Source: Candidatus Omnitrophota bacterium
GTDB taxonomy: Bacteria > Omnitrophota > Gorgyraeia > Duberdicusellales > 4484-171
Assembly: GCA_043823745.1 (NCBI GenBank)
Contig: JBDRAN010000028.1
Location: 3,116-67,115 of the forward strand
Length of the DNA: 64,000 nt
Direction: 5' to 3'
The notes under the pieces were generated by a model, which saw nothing but the letters and a program-made list of their open reading frames with translations, searched no databases and was not told where the DNA came from. The translations under genes and the position numbers were made by a program. Positions 20,539-30,485 of the stretch are shown piece by piece; within the stretch, counting starts at the first letter, position 1, and each line of letters opens with the position of its first letter.

Positions 20539-21387
20539 TTAGGACGCTTTTGCGAATCGTCTGATGTGGTCGATAACTTCTTTGGTGGTAGCTTGGGGGG
20601 TGGAGGAGCCGGAGGTGATGCCGACGCTTGCGGCATGTGTAAACCACGCTTTGCGCAACTGGAGTTTTGAATTTACCCAGTAACTACGTTTATTTAAAGA
20701 TTTTGAGATCTCATGAAGGCGTCGGGTATTAGCGCTGGTTTTTGAGCCGATGATGATCATCACGTCGTTAGCCAGCGGCATGATTCGTATTTCTTCCTGC
20801 TTTAAACGTGTTGGGCGGCATATGGTGTTAATAAATTGCAGGTTTGGCATAAAGCGCTTGAGTGTTTCAATGAGCGCTAGTGTTTCTTTAAGGTTTTGTG
20901 TTGATTGTACTATCGCGCACGCTTTTTTTAAATTTTTAAGCGCGGCTACCGGTATGCGATCCGGGCCATCGAGGACAATAGCTTTACCTTTAAGTTGGCC
21001 GATGATCCCCCTAACTTCATCATGATTTTTGTCCCCGACGACAATGATATCATGACCCTTTTTTTCCATCGTTGCGGCTATGGTGTGTATTTCTTTAACC
21101 ATCGGGCAGGTCGCGTCGATAACGTCATAGTCCAACGTTTGCATGGTGGTGAGAGTTTTTTTGTCAATACCATGGGCGCGGATAAGGAGGGTTTTTCCTG
21201 TACCGACCCTGAGTTTTTTTACTTTTTTTATGCCGGCGTTACGGATTTGCGCGACCACATCTTCATTGTGGACGATATCACCGAGCATATAGATATTTTT
21301 TTTCTGACCGGCAGCTTTTAACGCGATATCAATCGCGCGCTGTACCCCGAAACAAAACCCGCTTGATTTGGCGATGTTTATTTTCAT
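20539..21387 (-). CDS. ispH: 4-hydroxy-3-methylbut-2-enyl diphosphate reductase
   Basis: GFCFGV, IVHN, RAHG, DATCP, HDEV, NTIC, SANT, GITSGSSTP. Confidence 0.95.
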   Translation of the reverse strand: MKINIAKSSGFCFGVQRAIDIALKAAGQKKNIYMLGDIVHNEDVVAQIRNAGIKKVKKLRVGTGKTLLIRAHGIDKKTLTTMQTLDYDVIDATCPMVKEIHTIAATMEKKGHDIIVVGDKNHDEVRGIIGQLKGKAIVLDGPDRIPVAALKNLKKACAIVQSTQNLKETLALIETLKRFMPNLQFINTICRPTRLKQEEIRIMPLANDVMIIIGSKTSANTRRLHEISKSLNKRSYWVNSKLQLRKAWFTHAASVGITSGSSTPQATTKEVIDHIRRFAKAS

Positions 21388-21397
21388 AGTATAGTAG

Positions 21398-21574
21398 TTA
21401 ACGCTAATTAACGCTAATTGGAAACGCTAATTTACGCGAATCAAACGCGAATTCTCGCGAATAAATTGTCCTACGTCCAAGTGAGCCTGGCGCTCCTGCG
21501 CCGTGCGAACGAACGTCCCACGTCCTACGTCCCACATTCCCACACGTCCCAGCGTACGCTGACGTTCCACGCTT
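21398..21574. repeat. Adjacent degenerate tandem repeats (AACGCTAATT/ACGCGAAT units, then ACGTCCC heptamers)
   Basis: Six CGC(T/G)AAT units at 21400-21463 and several ACGTCC(C/T) units at 21468-21570. Confidence 0.7.
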
Positions 21575-21637
21575 ACATTTTATACTGGATATCCTAACAT
21601 ACAAACCCGCCAAGCGCAAATGGGGCATGCGATGGGC

Positions 21638-21681
21638 TTGACAACGCCAGGGTGTCTGGTATTATGAACGCATGTTCATAA
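21638..21681 (+). promoter_or_regulatory. Sigma70 promoter with overlapping palindromic operator TTATGAAC-N4-GTTCATAA
   Basis: TTGACA 21638-43, TGn-TATTAT 21660-65, perfect 8-bp inverted arms 21662-81. Confidence 0.75.
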
Positions 21682-21694
21682 CCAAGGAGCGTGC

Positions 21695-22006
21695 ATGAGG
21701 CCTAAAAAAACGCGTTGGATCAAATGCGTGCCGCAGGTTCGTTGTTTTAAGCCCCTGTGTAAGTCGTTGCGCCGCGCCGGCAAGGTATACGTAAGCCTTG
21801 ATGAGTTTGAAGCTTTGCGGCTTGCAGACTTAGAGGGCTTGGATCAGGTCAATGCGGCGGCCGCGATGCATGTTTCCCGACCGACTTTTTCCCGTATCGT
21901 TAGCGCGGCGCGTAAAAAAGTCGCCGATGGTTTAGTTAATATCAAAGTTATATGTATCGAGGGAGGCTGTTGCAAGATTAAGCGTAAGAGAAAAGACATA
22001 CGATGA
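21695..22006 (+). CDS. DUF134 family DNA-binding protein
   Basis: MRPKKTRW...SLDEFEALRLADLEGLDQVNAAAAMHVSRPTFSRIV...IEGG, with a terminal CC. Confidence 0.9.
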   Translation: MRPKKTRWIKCVPQVRCFKPLCKSLRRAGKVYVSLDEFEALRLADLEGLDQVNAAAAMHVSRPTFSRIVSAARKKVADGLVNIKVICIEGGCCKIKRKRKDIR

Positions 22007-22111
22007 AGGAGAGAAGGTTTTTTTGAATATTCGGGGAGTATTCTTAGCAGGTATCTATATAAAAAAAGGCAGGACTTAGGCCGCGATTACCTTAATTACA
22101 GGGGGGGGAAA

Positions 22112-22549
22112 TTGAAGAAACTATTTTTCGCTTTTCTGGTGTCTGTCGCACTAAGTAGCGGCGGCATACTATTTTCACCGTTAGCGCACGCAGCAGATGT
22201 TGCAGAAGGTACTCACGTGGTTGCGTATTATTTTCACGGGATATTTCGTTGTCCGACATGCCACAAGCTTGAGCAGTATTCAAAGGAAGCCATAGAATCT
22301 AACTTCAAAGATGCGCTTTCTTCCGGCACGTTGGAGTTTAAAGTCGTAAACATAGAAGATAAAGGCAATGAACACTACGGAAACGATTACCAGCTTTATA
22401 CTAAATCGCTCATTCTGTCATTATTTAAAGACGGTAGGGAAGTAAAGTGGAAAAACCTTAATAAGATTTGGGAATACGTCGGTAACAAACAAAGATTTAT
22501 TGATTATGTTAAGGGCGGAGTAACCGATTTCCTGAAGGAAGCTAAATGA
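22112..22549 (+). CDS. Exported thioredoxin-like protein (ArsF family-like)
   Basis: Signal peptide, YYFHGIFRCPTC, WKNLNKIWEYV. Confidence 0.75.
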   Translation: MKKLFFAFLVSVALSSGGILFSPLAHAADVAEGTHVVAYYFHGIFRCPTCHKLEQYSKEAIESNFKDALSSGTLEFKVVNIEDKGNEHYGNDYQLYTKSLILSLFKDGREVKWKNLNKIWEYVGNKQRFIDYVKGGVTDFLKEAK

Positions 22550-23235
22550 CAGAGATATTAATAGGTTTTGTATCAGCGTTATGGCTAGGAATTCTGACAT
22601 CCATTAGTCCGTGTCCTTTGGCCAGCAATGTGGCTGCAATTTCATTTCTCTCTAAGAAAATAACTCATCCGGCGCTTGTGTTTATTTCCGGTCTTGCCTA
22701 CACGCTCGGTAGAATGCTCTCGTATGCAGTTTTAGGATGGATTATTATCAATTCTTTTTTAAGTGTTCCCCTCATTGCCCAGTTTTTGCAGAAGTATATG
22801 GGGAAAGTCCTGGGGCCGCTTTTAATTCTTACCGGTTTCATTCTATTTGGGTTAATTACTATCCGTTTGCCGAAAGTGTCACTATCGCAGGGGCATCAGA
22901 ATAAACTTGCGGAGTCCGGCGCTTTGGGTGCCTTTTTACTCGGCTTTATTTTTGCTCTGGCTTTTTGTCCTATTTCTGCCGCGTTATACTTCGGGAGCAT
23001 TATCCCCTTAGCGATTAACTGTAAAGGCGGCATTGTTCTGCCGTTTATTTATGGGATAGGCACCGGGTTACCGGTTCTTGTATTTGCTGTTGCCATTGCC
23101 TTGGGGGTGACATCCTTGAGCCATTGGTTTAAAAAAATTGCACGGCTTGAATACTACACTCGTAAAATTACCGGAGCCATATTTATTATTGTGGGTTTGT
23201 ATTATATAGGAATGTATATAGTACGGTTATTTTAA
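22546..23235 (+). CDS. DsbD/CcdA-like membrane protein (ArsG aromatic arsenical permease family-like)
   Basis: [17 protein letters not shown] and [15 protein letters not shown], 6 TM. Confidence 0.8.
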   Translation: MTEILIGFVSALWLGILTSISPCPLASNVAAISFLSKKITHPALVFISGLAYTLGRMLSYAVLGWIIINSFLSVPLIAQFLQKYMGKVLGPLLILTGFILFGLITIRLPKVSLSQGHQNKLAESGALGAFLLGFIFALAFCPISAALYFGSIIPLAINCKGGIVLPFIYGIGTGLPVLVFAVAIALGVTSLSHWFKKIARLEYYTRKITGAIFIIVGLYYIGMYIVRLF

Positions 23236-23248
23236 TGAGGAGGCACAC

Positions 23249-24457
23249 GTGGAGAGAGCTATGTATAAAAAAAGAAGCTTAAGTTTCTTTGAGAGATATC
23301 TTACGCTGTGGGTTTTTGTATGTATCGCGTTAGGTGTATTGATCGGTACGATTGCTCCGCCGGCGGCGAAATTTCTTGACGGTCTTTCGATTTATGTAAG
23401 TGGTGCGCCGGTTGTTTCTATCCCTATAGCTATTTGTCTTTTTTTTATGATGTATCCCATAATGGTAAAGATTGATTTTGCAGAAGTTATAAAAGCAGGA
23501 AAATCCCCCAAACCGGTATGGTTGACGCTTTTTGTAAATTGGGCAATAAAACCTTTTACCATGTACGGTATTGCGTTTCTGTTTTTGGGGGTCCTATTTA
23601 AAGGGTTCATCGGAGTAGAGGCGGTTGATTTTGTGAAGCTTCCTCCGGGAGCTGACTGGTTGTTGGGCTCCATACACGGCGCAGGAATGGTTGTTATGCA
23701 CGAAGGTTTAAAAATGCTTCAAGTGCCGCTCTGGCGCAGTTATTTTGCCGGGTGTATTCTGCTCGGTATTGCTCCCTGTACCGCTATGGTTTTGGTATGG
23801 GGGTTTCTTGCCAAAGGTAATGACGGCCACACGCTCATTATGGTTGCGATTAATTCGCTGACCATGCTTTTATTGTATGGAGTTTTGGGCGGATTCCTTT
23901 TAGGCGTTGGAAAAATGCCGGTTCCCTGGCAGGCGTTATTATTATCGATCGTTATCTATGTAGCGTTGCCCCTTGTGGCAGGATACTTTTCGCGCAAGCT
24001 GATAGTATCACGTAAAGGCATAGTGTGGTTTAACGAGAAGTTCCTTCATATATTGTCACCCGTTTCAATTATTGCACTTTTATTTACTCTGGTGTTGCTG
24101 TTTTCTTTTAAGGGAGAAATTATTCTTGTGCAGCCGTTAACGATTTTCTGGATAGCGATCCCGCTTTTTATCCAAACGTGTTTAATCTTCGCAATTACCT
24201 ACTGGACGGCAAAGAAATTAAAGTTACGCTACGAGGACGCGGCTCCATCGGCAATGATCGGCGCAAGCAATCACTTTGAAGTTGCTATTGCCACCGCGAC
24301 TATGCTTTTCGGGATTTCATCAGGAGCGGCGCTGGCTACCGTTGTCGGCGTTCTCATTGAAGTACCGGTTATGTTGATGCTTGTTAAATTCTGCTTACAA
24401 ACACAGAATTGGTTTACCCCGTTAGAAAGAAGGCCCCGCCCCCTGTGGGAGGGGTAA
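23249..24457 (+). CDS. acr3: ACR3 family arsenite efflux transporter (C-terminus altered by a MITE)
   Basis: [52 protein letters not shown]. Confidence 0.93.
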   Translation: MERAMYKKRSLSFFERYLTLWVFVCIALGVLIGTIAPPAAKFLDGLSIYVSGAPVVSIPIAICLFFMMYPIMVKIDFAEVIKAGKSPKPVWLTLFVNWAIKPFTMYGIAFLFLGVLFKGFIGVEAVDFVKLPPGADWLLGSIHGAGMVVMHEGLKMLQVPLWRSYFAGCILLGIAPCTAMVLVWGFLAKGNDGHTLIMVAINSLTMLLLYGVLGGFLLGVGKMPVPWQALLLSIVIYVALPLVAGYFSRKLIVSRKGIVWFNEKFLHILSPVSIIALLFTLVLLFSFKGEIILVQPLTIFWIAIPLFIQTCLIFAITYWTAKKLKLRYEDAAPSAMIGASNHFEVAIATATMLFGISSGAALATVVGVLIEVPVMLMLVKFCLQTQNWFTPLERRPRPLWEG

Positions 24458-24509
24458 GATATTCAGAGCTCACACGGGGTTTAAAGCCCGTGTGAGCTTT
24501 CTAACGGGG
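24417..24509. mobile_element. 93-bp MITE with CCCCGTTAGAAAG terminal inverted repeats and TTTA duplication
   Basis: TTTA|CCCCGTTAGAAAG...CTTTCTAACGGGG|TTTA, internal hairpins, same termini as the element at 50215. Confidence 0.8.
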
Positions 24510-24558
24510 TTTACGCGCGAAAATACTTAAGAAAAGGAATAATTCGAAAGGAGGAGTC

Positions 24559-24714
24559 ATGGGAGAGAAAAAAAGTGAAAAGAGCGCCGGTAAGTGTAAA
24601 GGGTTTCTTGGACGCTTGATTGAAAAAATGGATAAAAAACTTCTCGAGAAAGCGAAAAAAAATTCCTGCTGTTGCGGGGATGACCGGACCGGAAAGGATT
24701 CATGCTGCAAGTAG
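24559..24714 (+). CDS. 51-aa Cys-rich putative metal(loid)-binding peptide
   Basis: Below the ORF-track cutoff. AAGGAGGAG RBS, MGEKK...[20 protein letters not shown], inside the ars operon. Confidence 0.7.
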   Translation: MGEKKSEKSAGKCKGFLGRLIEKMDKKLLEKAKKNSCCCGDDRTGKDSCCK

Positions 24715-25661
24715 CGGTTGACCGGCTGACCTATTCATTATTGGGGTTTAACCCGGCATCGCGCCTGGCGCAGGCGTTTAATTTTTTTATCTACGATTCG
24801 GTAAAAATCCTTGCGCTTCTTTTTGTGTTGATCGCAGTTATAGGATTTTTTCGCAGCTTTCTACCCGCGCGTGTTGTGAAAGCATGGCTGGTGCGCGGCA
24901 GGGGTGTTGCAAATTTTCTTGCGTCGGCTTTTGGCGCGGTAACGCCGTTTTGTTCCTGTTCCTCAATTCCTATTTTTCTAAGTTTCCTTGAGGCGGGGGT
25001 ACCCTTGGGTGTTTCCTTTTCGTTTTTGATAACCTCGCCGCTCATTAATGAGTACCTGGTGATTTTGATGGTGAGTTTTTTTGGCCGGAAGATCACCGCC
25101 GCCTATGTCGCAAGCGGTCTTCTCATGGGAACAATACTTGGGATTATTCTTGGAAAAATGAATCTTGAAAAATATCTGGTTGCCGATATCGCTGAATATG
25201 CACACGCCAACATTCGCGAAAGAGATTACCGTGGTTTTAGCGCGCGTGCGATTTTTGGTTTGAATGAAGCTATTTCAATTGTCAAAAAATTGTGGCTTTG
25301 GGTGCTTGCAGGGGTTGCGTTGGGCGCTTTTATTCATAACTATGTCCCTCAAGACGCCATTCAAGCTATTATTGCCAAGACAGGCTTGTTTTCCGTTCCA
25401 ATCGCAACCCTCCTGGGGGTACCGATGTACGCCAGCTGCGCCGCCATTGTTCCGGTCGCCGTAGTGCTCTTTTCCAAGGGTGTGCCTCTGGGCACCGCGC
25501 TTTCCTTTATGATGGCAACTGCCGCTCTTAGCCTTCCTGAAGCGGTCATGTTGCGCCGGGCGATGAAACTTACCCTTATCGCTATCTTTTTCGGGGTTAC
25601 CACGCTGGCGATTATTCTGACCGGTTATCTTTTTAATTTTCTGCAGCATATTTTATCCTAG
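24702..25661 (+). CDS. ArsP/DUF318 family permease
   Basis: [39 protein letters not shown]. Confidence 0.88.
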   Translation: MLQVAVDRLTYSLLGFNPASRLAQAFNFFIYDSVKILALLFVLIAVIGFFRSFLPARVVKAWLVRGRGVANFLASAFGAVTPFCSCSSIPIFLSFLEAGVPLGVSFSFLITSPLINEYLVILMVSFFGRKITAAYVASGLLMGTILGIILGKMNLEKYLVADIAEYAHANIRERDYRGFSARAIFGLNEAISIVKKLWLWVLAGVALGAFIHNYVPQDAIQAIIAKTGLFSVPIATLLGVPMYASCAAIVPVAVVLFSKGVPLGTALSFMMATAALSLPEAVMLRRAMKLTLIAIFFGVTTLAIILTGYLFNFLQHILS

Positions 25662-25761
25662 ACATTTCTTTATAACGGTATTTACTTATGTGTTCGTTCT
25701 GAGTACAATGCTCTCTTGAGTGCGTTGCGTACGTATACTTTTATAACGAAGTTTATGATGT

Positions 25762-27261
25762 ATGGAATATGATGCAATCGTAATCGGCGCCGGCGTTGGA
25801 GGATTAACGGCAGCGTTAAAGCTTGCAAAAGGAGGCAAGCGCGTTCTTGTGTTTGAGCGCCAAGCCGGCCCCGGCGGGGTCGCTACAAGTTTTAAAAGAA
25901 AAGGGTTTACCTTTGAGTCGGTTTTACACTACGTTGACTCGTTATCGGTAGGCCAGGAGGTAAGAACATTTCTTGATGAGCATGGTGTCAGTCCCGCCCT
26001 TACGTTTATCGATATTAAAGAATTCGGCCGTGTGGTGTATCCTGAACATGATTTTGTGATACGCTATGGTTTTGACGATTTAAAAAAATGGCTCATCGAA
26101 ACGTTTCCTCAAGAAAAAGATGGTCTTGAAGTCTTTTTTCACCAGATTAATAGATTTTACCGGCAATTAGATCATTTCAGTAACGCAAAGCTTCCTTTAT
26201 GGTTTAAGTTGGCTGTCTCTTTGGTTCTATATCCACAAATCGTAAAAACTTCATGCATGACGCTTGAGCAATACATGACGAAAAAAATCAAAGATAAAAA
26301 AGCGCGCGCCATTCTAGGCTCGATTTGGGGTTTTGTCGGCCTGCCGCCTCAGGAACTCTCATCGTTTTATTATTTAATTATTTTGCGGGGCTGCTGGTTT
26401 GAAAGCACCATGTTTGTCAAGGGCGGATACAGCAGGTTATTTAGCGCGATGGTAGAGCGGATACGCGAGTGTGGTTCGCAGGTCATATATAGCAGGACCG
26501 TTACCAAGATTATAACCGATTGCGGCAGGCGCGTTATCGGTGTTGTCACCGATAAGGGAGAAGAGGTTAAAGCACGCGTAATCATTTCAAACGCTAATAG
26601 TATCGATACCTTGACGAAACTTATTGATGATGACACAAGAAAAGCTGATTATGCGAAAAAATTGAAGCAAATGGAAAAATCCCTGTCAGCGGTCACGGTC
26701 TATCTAGGCTTGAGCGTGCCCGCAAAAGAAATCGGTATGCAGCAACCTTTGTTATCTATTCATCCGAGTTATGACCATACCGCAGGCTACCAGCATAGTC
26801 GTGCGGGCGATGCCGAAGAGCTTCCCATGGCGGTTGTTGATCATTCCCAGTTCGATCCTGATTTAGCGCCTGCCGGAAAATCAACGTTATGCGCAATGGT
26901 GTTTGCTGAATATAAGCAATGGGAAGGCCTTTCTCAAGAGGCGTACGACCGTAAAAAAAGCGAAGCTGCCAGACGTATCGTTAGGCAGCTTGAGCGCTAT
27001 TTGCCCGGCTTGAGTAATCATATAGAATGTATAGAGGTAGCAACACCTAAGACTATGGAGCGCTATCCGATGCTACCTGAGGGGGCGATATACGGATTTG
27101 CGGAAACGGTTCCGCAGTCAAGCATAAATCGTTTACCTCAAACCACCAAGATAAAAGGATTATTCCTCACGGGGGCCTGGACTACGCCGGGTTGTGGAGT
27201 ACATGGCTGTTTTGTGTCCGGATTCGATGCGGCGGATTTAGCTGAGCGTGATTTACGATAA
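25762..27261 (+). CDS. Phytoene desaturase / retinol saturase family FAD oxidoreductase
   Basis: VIGAGVGG, DPDLAPAGKS, ATPKTMERY...GAIYG, GAWTTPGCGV. Confidence 0.85.
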   Translation: MEYDAIVIGAGVGGLTAALKLAKGGKRVLVFERQAGPGGVATSFKRKGFTFESVLHYVDSLSVGQEVRTFLDEHGVSPALTFIDIKEFGRVVYPEHDFVIRYGFDDLKKWLIETFPQEKDGLEVFFHQINRFYRQLDHFSNAKLPLWFKLAVSLVLYPQIVKTSCMTLEQYMTKKIKDKKARAILGSIWGFVGLPPQELSSFYYLIILRGCWFESTMFVKGGYSRLFSAMVERIRECGSQVIYSRTVTKIITDCGRRVIGVVTDKGEEVKARVIISNANSIDTLTKLIDDDTRKADYAKKLKQMEKSLSAVTVYLGLSVPAKEIGMQQPLLSIHPSYDHTAGYQHSRAGDAEELPMAVVDHSQFDPDLAPAGKSTLCAMVFAEYKQWEGLSQEAYDRKKSEAARRIVRQLERYLPGLSNHIECIEVATPKTMERYPMLPEGAIYGFAETVPQSSINRLPQTTKIKGLFLTGAWTTPGCGVHGCFVSGFDAADLAERDLR

Positions 27262-27356
27262 AACGATAGCGGGCAGGCGTGACGCTCTATTGTGCACCCG
27301 TTGTTTTTTTACATGATTTCTTTCATACATACTTTTTATCTATTCCAAGGAGGCCT

Positions 27357-28136
27357 ATGTCATTTACTCAATGGTTGATCGTTAATGTTCCGTCAGCGCT
27401 TCTTGGCGCGCTTGTGGTCGTGGTGTCGGTCGGGATATCAGCGGTAAGTTTATTTCTGGTACGCCGCTTCATTCCGCATAAAAAATTCAAGGTTCATAAT
27501 GATGTTGCCGGCGCGATGTTTGGTACAGTGGGCGTCGCCTACGCGGTGTTACTTGCGTTTGTGGCAGTCATTGTTTGGGGTGATTTTAATAAGGCAAGTG
27601 AAAACGTGGAGCGCGAGGCAAATTGCGTTGCCAGTCTTTACGCGTATACTGAAGCGTTTGCTCCTTCGTCGGCTGTGCCGATACGCGCGGCGTTAAAAAA
27701 ATATGCCCGACTGGTTACACATGAGGAGTGGCCGATGCTTGCAATAGCGCAAGAGAGCAATCGTGTGGCAGAATGCGTTCAGGAGATCGGAACGCTCTAT
27801 GCCGGCTATCTTCCGGCCGGGACGACCGATACTGTTTATTTCTCTCTTTCAGTTGAAAAATTTAACGAGCTTTGTCAATTGCGGCGCGAACGCCTGTATG
27901 CCGCGGGAAATGGTGTTCATCCGGTATTCTGGGTTGTGCTTATTGCCGGCGCCCTGGTGACCATCACCTTTACTGTTTTTTTCGGCTCGGAAAATACCGG
28001 CGCGCATCATATGATGGCATTGCTTCTCGCGACCCTTATCGGCCTTATCCTTTTTACGGTTCTGGTGTTTGATTATCCTTTTAGCGGCAGCGTGAGTATA
28101 CCTGCCCGGGCGTTTAACCGGATCCTCTCATATTAG
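27357..28136 (+). CDS. DUF4239-like membrane protein
   Basis: HNDVAG...VGVAYAVLLAFV, EEWPML, FDYPFSGSVSI. Start set at ATG 27357 after AGGAGG. Confidence 0.75.
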   Translation: MSFTQWLIVNVPSALLGALVVVVSVGISAVSLFLVRRFIPHKKFKVHNDVAGAMFGTVGVAYAVLLAFVAVIVWGDFNKASENVEREANCVASLYAYTEAFAPSSAVPIRAALKKYARLVTHEEWPMLAIAQESNRVAECVQEIGTLYAGYLPAGTTDTVYFSLSVEKFNELCQLRRERLYAAGNGVHPVFWVVLIAGALVTITFTVFFGSENTGAHHMMALLLATLIGLILFTVLVFDYPFSGSVSIPARAFNRILSY

Positions 28137-28298
28137 TGCGCCTGCCGCCAACGAGTCAACTAAGAAATATTCTTTTGATGATGGAGGAGGCGCGTAGGTC
28201 GTCATCACTTAGCAGCGGGATAATATCTTGTCAGCGTTAAAGAAAAGCGTATAATAACGAATAGATTTATAGTGATACTAGCGGCCATATAAACACAT

Positions 28299-28844
28299 AT
28301 GTTTTCCGGGTTTGCCATTACCGCACGAGTTATTTCGTTCCTTGAGGGGGGAATTTCCCGGCGTTCGATCGCCTGGGGGGTTTGTCTTGCCATGTTCTTG
28401 GGTTTTGTTCCCCTGGCCGGGCCCATGACTATCCTGCTTACTATTGTATTCTTTATTTTTAAGTTTAACCGGATATCAACCATTATAACCTTGCCGCTTT
28501 TTAAAGTTTTGTATCTTAGCGGTATATATCGGGTGACCGAGGCCCTCGGCAGTTACCTGCTTATTAAAGCAGGCGTGCTGACCAATTTTTGGGAATGGTT
28601 CCTGGGCCTTCCGGTTATCGCACTTCTTGATATCAATAATACCTTGGTTGCCGGAGGGTTCGCGTTCTCTTTTTTGTTATGCGCGCCGGTGTATTGGCTG
28701 TCAAAAAGAGCTGCCGGATACCTGCAGGCCCGGTACGCCAAAAAAATTGCCGGTTCGCGTTTCGGTAAATGGGTTAATCGCTGTAAACTTCCGCTTCAGG
28801 TTATCGGTCGGGCCCAGCAGGTCAAAAATATCGCAGACAAATGA
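28299..28844 (+). CDS. TIGR03546/DUF2062-like membrane protein
   Basis: SIAWGVCLAMFLGFVP, INNTLVAGG, coupled to an AsmA-like gene. Confidence 0.7.
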   Translation: MFSGFAITARVISFLEGGISRRSIAWGVCLAMFLGFVPLAGPMTILLTIVFFIFKFNRISTIITLPLFKVLYLSGIYRVTEALGSYLLIKAGVLTNFWEWFLGLPVIALLDINNTLVAGGFAFSFLLCAPVYWLSKRAAGYLQARYAKKIAGSRFGKWVNRCKLPLQVIGRAQQVKNIADK

Positions 28845-30175
28845 AATATCTTAATACGAGAAATGCTATCATTGTTTTGATCATCGCTCTGTGCCTGCAT
28901 CTAGGCGTAGGATTTTTAGCCAGTCCCCTCGTAAGCCGTGTTGCGCTCAGCGCTCTCAACCAGCATACCAAGGCCAAGATAACGCTTGAAGGTTTTAACG
29001 TCTGGCCGCTTACCTTGTCTTTTTCAATGCGAGGTTTAAGTGTCTTTGACCCGCAGGATGTTTCAAAGCGCATCGTGCGTGTCAATAATGCTTCAGCGCG
29101 TCTTAGCTTTTTAGGTCTTCTTTCGCGTCGCGTGGCTATTGCCGGCGCCAACGTTGATGGCGTTGATGTAAATGTAGAAGGAGCTCCTGACGGAAGTTTC
29201 AATATTGAGAAGGTCATGAAACCGGCGAGTCCTTCTGAACCGTCCGGTCCCGTATCGGTGCCGCAAGGTCTCGATACATACAAGGATTGGTTCGGTAAAG
29301 CGCGAAGAGCGCTTGCGAAACGTTTTTCACAACAAACAACCGCACAAGAGGCGGCTCGGAAAAAAGAAGGCACCGCGGTCAAGCGCGAAGTGAGTCCGTT
29401 CCCTCGGGGTAAGCGCGTGTATTTTAAGAAATATCGTGATAGTTATATCTTTGAGGTCGGACGCCTGAATATAAAAAATGCCGTTGTCCACATTAAAACA
29501 AGTGACGGTGTCGCACTGGACGTCACCGGCATGACTTTACGTCTTTCCGGATTGGGTATTGACCCTGCCGATGGCATGCGGCTTACCCAAGCTGTACTGG
29601 AAGGCGCTGTTTCCCGGGAAAGCAAGCCCGTTGGAAACGTACGCGCGCATTTTGTAAAAAAAGCCGGCAAGGATATCAAGGAAACGTATGAGATCGCCAC
29701 GCGCGATCTTGACCTTTCGGCGATACGTTTTATCTATCAGGAATCGTTGCCGGTTAATCTGGTCAAGGGGTTCTTGACGCTTGATTCAAAAACTACCTTT
29801 GTGAACGAAAATATCAATTCACACAATAGTATCGTTCTGCGGGACCATGAGCTCGGCCCCAAAGCAGGGGTTGACGTGGGCGGATTCCTGCCCCCGGACG
29901 TTGTTTTTAAAGCCTTAAACGATGTAAATCCGCTTAATCTCGATTTTGTTATTACCGGCACGATTGATAAGCCTGAATTCAAGGGTTTTCAGCAGTCATT
30001 GATGCAGATTGTTGCGCCCTCGGCAAAAGCTATCGGTGAGGAGTTTAAGAAAAAAGGTTTAAGCATGGTCAATGATCTTCTTAAGAAAAATAGTGGTTCT
30101 TCCGGGTCTTCGAGCAATGATACGTCTTCGGACACCATCGATTCTTTCAAAAGTCTTTTCAAGAAGAAGAAATAA
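28841..30175 (+). CDS. AsmA/DUF748-like periplasmic protein
   Basis: N-terminal TM, beta-rich body, DGSFNI, ITGTIDKPEF C-terminal motif. Confidence 0.65.
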   Translation: MKYLNTRNAIIVLIIALCLHLGVGFLASPLVSRVALSALNQHTKAKITLEGFNVWPLTLSFSMRGLSVFDPQDVSKRIVRVNNASARLSFLGLLSRRVAIAGANVDGVDVNVEGAPDGSFNIEKVMKPASPSEPSGPVSVPQGLDTYKDWFGKARRALAKRFSQQTTAQEAARKKEGTAVKREVSPFPRGKRVYFKKYRDSYIFEVGRLNIKNAVVHIKTSDGVALDVTGMTLRLSGLGIDPADGMRLTQAVLEGAVSRESKPVGNVRAHFVKKAGKDIKETYEIATRDLDLSAIRFIYQESLPVNLVKGFLTLDSKTTFVNENINSHNSIVLRDHELGPKAGVDVGGFLPPDVVFKALNDVNPLNLDFVITGTIDKPEFKGFQQSLMQIVAPSAKAIGEEFKKKGLSMVNDLLKKNSGSSGSSSNDTSSDTIDSFKSLFKKKK

Positions 30176-30185
30176 CACGTATATT

Positions 30186-30310
30186 TAGCGTGGAGCGTAG
30201 AGCGTTTGCTACAATTTAGCGTAGAGCGTGGAGCGTTTAGCGTAGAGCAAAAAATACTTAAAGTTCTACGTTCCCTCTTCCTATACGCTCTCCGCTATCC
30301 GCTCTACGCT
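30186..30310 (-). repeat. Family A heptamer hairpin element (AGCGTAG...CTACGCT), empty copy in reverse orientation
   Basis: 30186-30247 is the reverse complement of 40659-40720 with 2 mismatches. Confidence 0.85.
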
Positions 30311-30333
30311 TATTCCCCTCGGGGCGGTGTGGT

Positions 30334-30392
30334 AAAAAGTCAGAAGAAAGTAGAAAACAGCCATTGGCGGGAAAGACCCCGAAGAGTACACT
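30334..30392 (+). promoter_or_regulatory. Candidate activator box plus weak sigma70 promoter
   Basis: 25-bp box 21/25 identical to 35172-35196, then TTGGCG-17-TACACT. Confidence 0.6.
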
Positions 30393-30485
30393 GACGAGTG
30401 TAAGGGTGTGCGTGAAGATGTATGGTGGGCTCGCCGGCTCGAACGTTTTATTGTTCGCCCTCTCCTTTGGCGGCGATGAGGGAAG

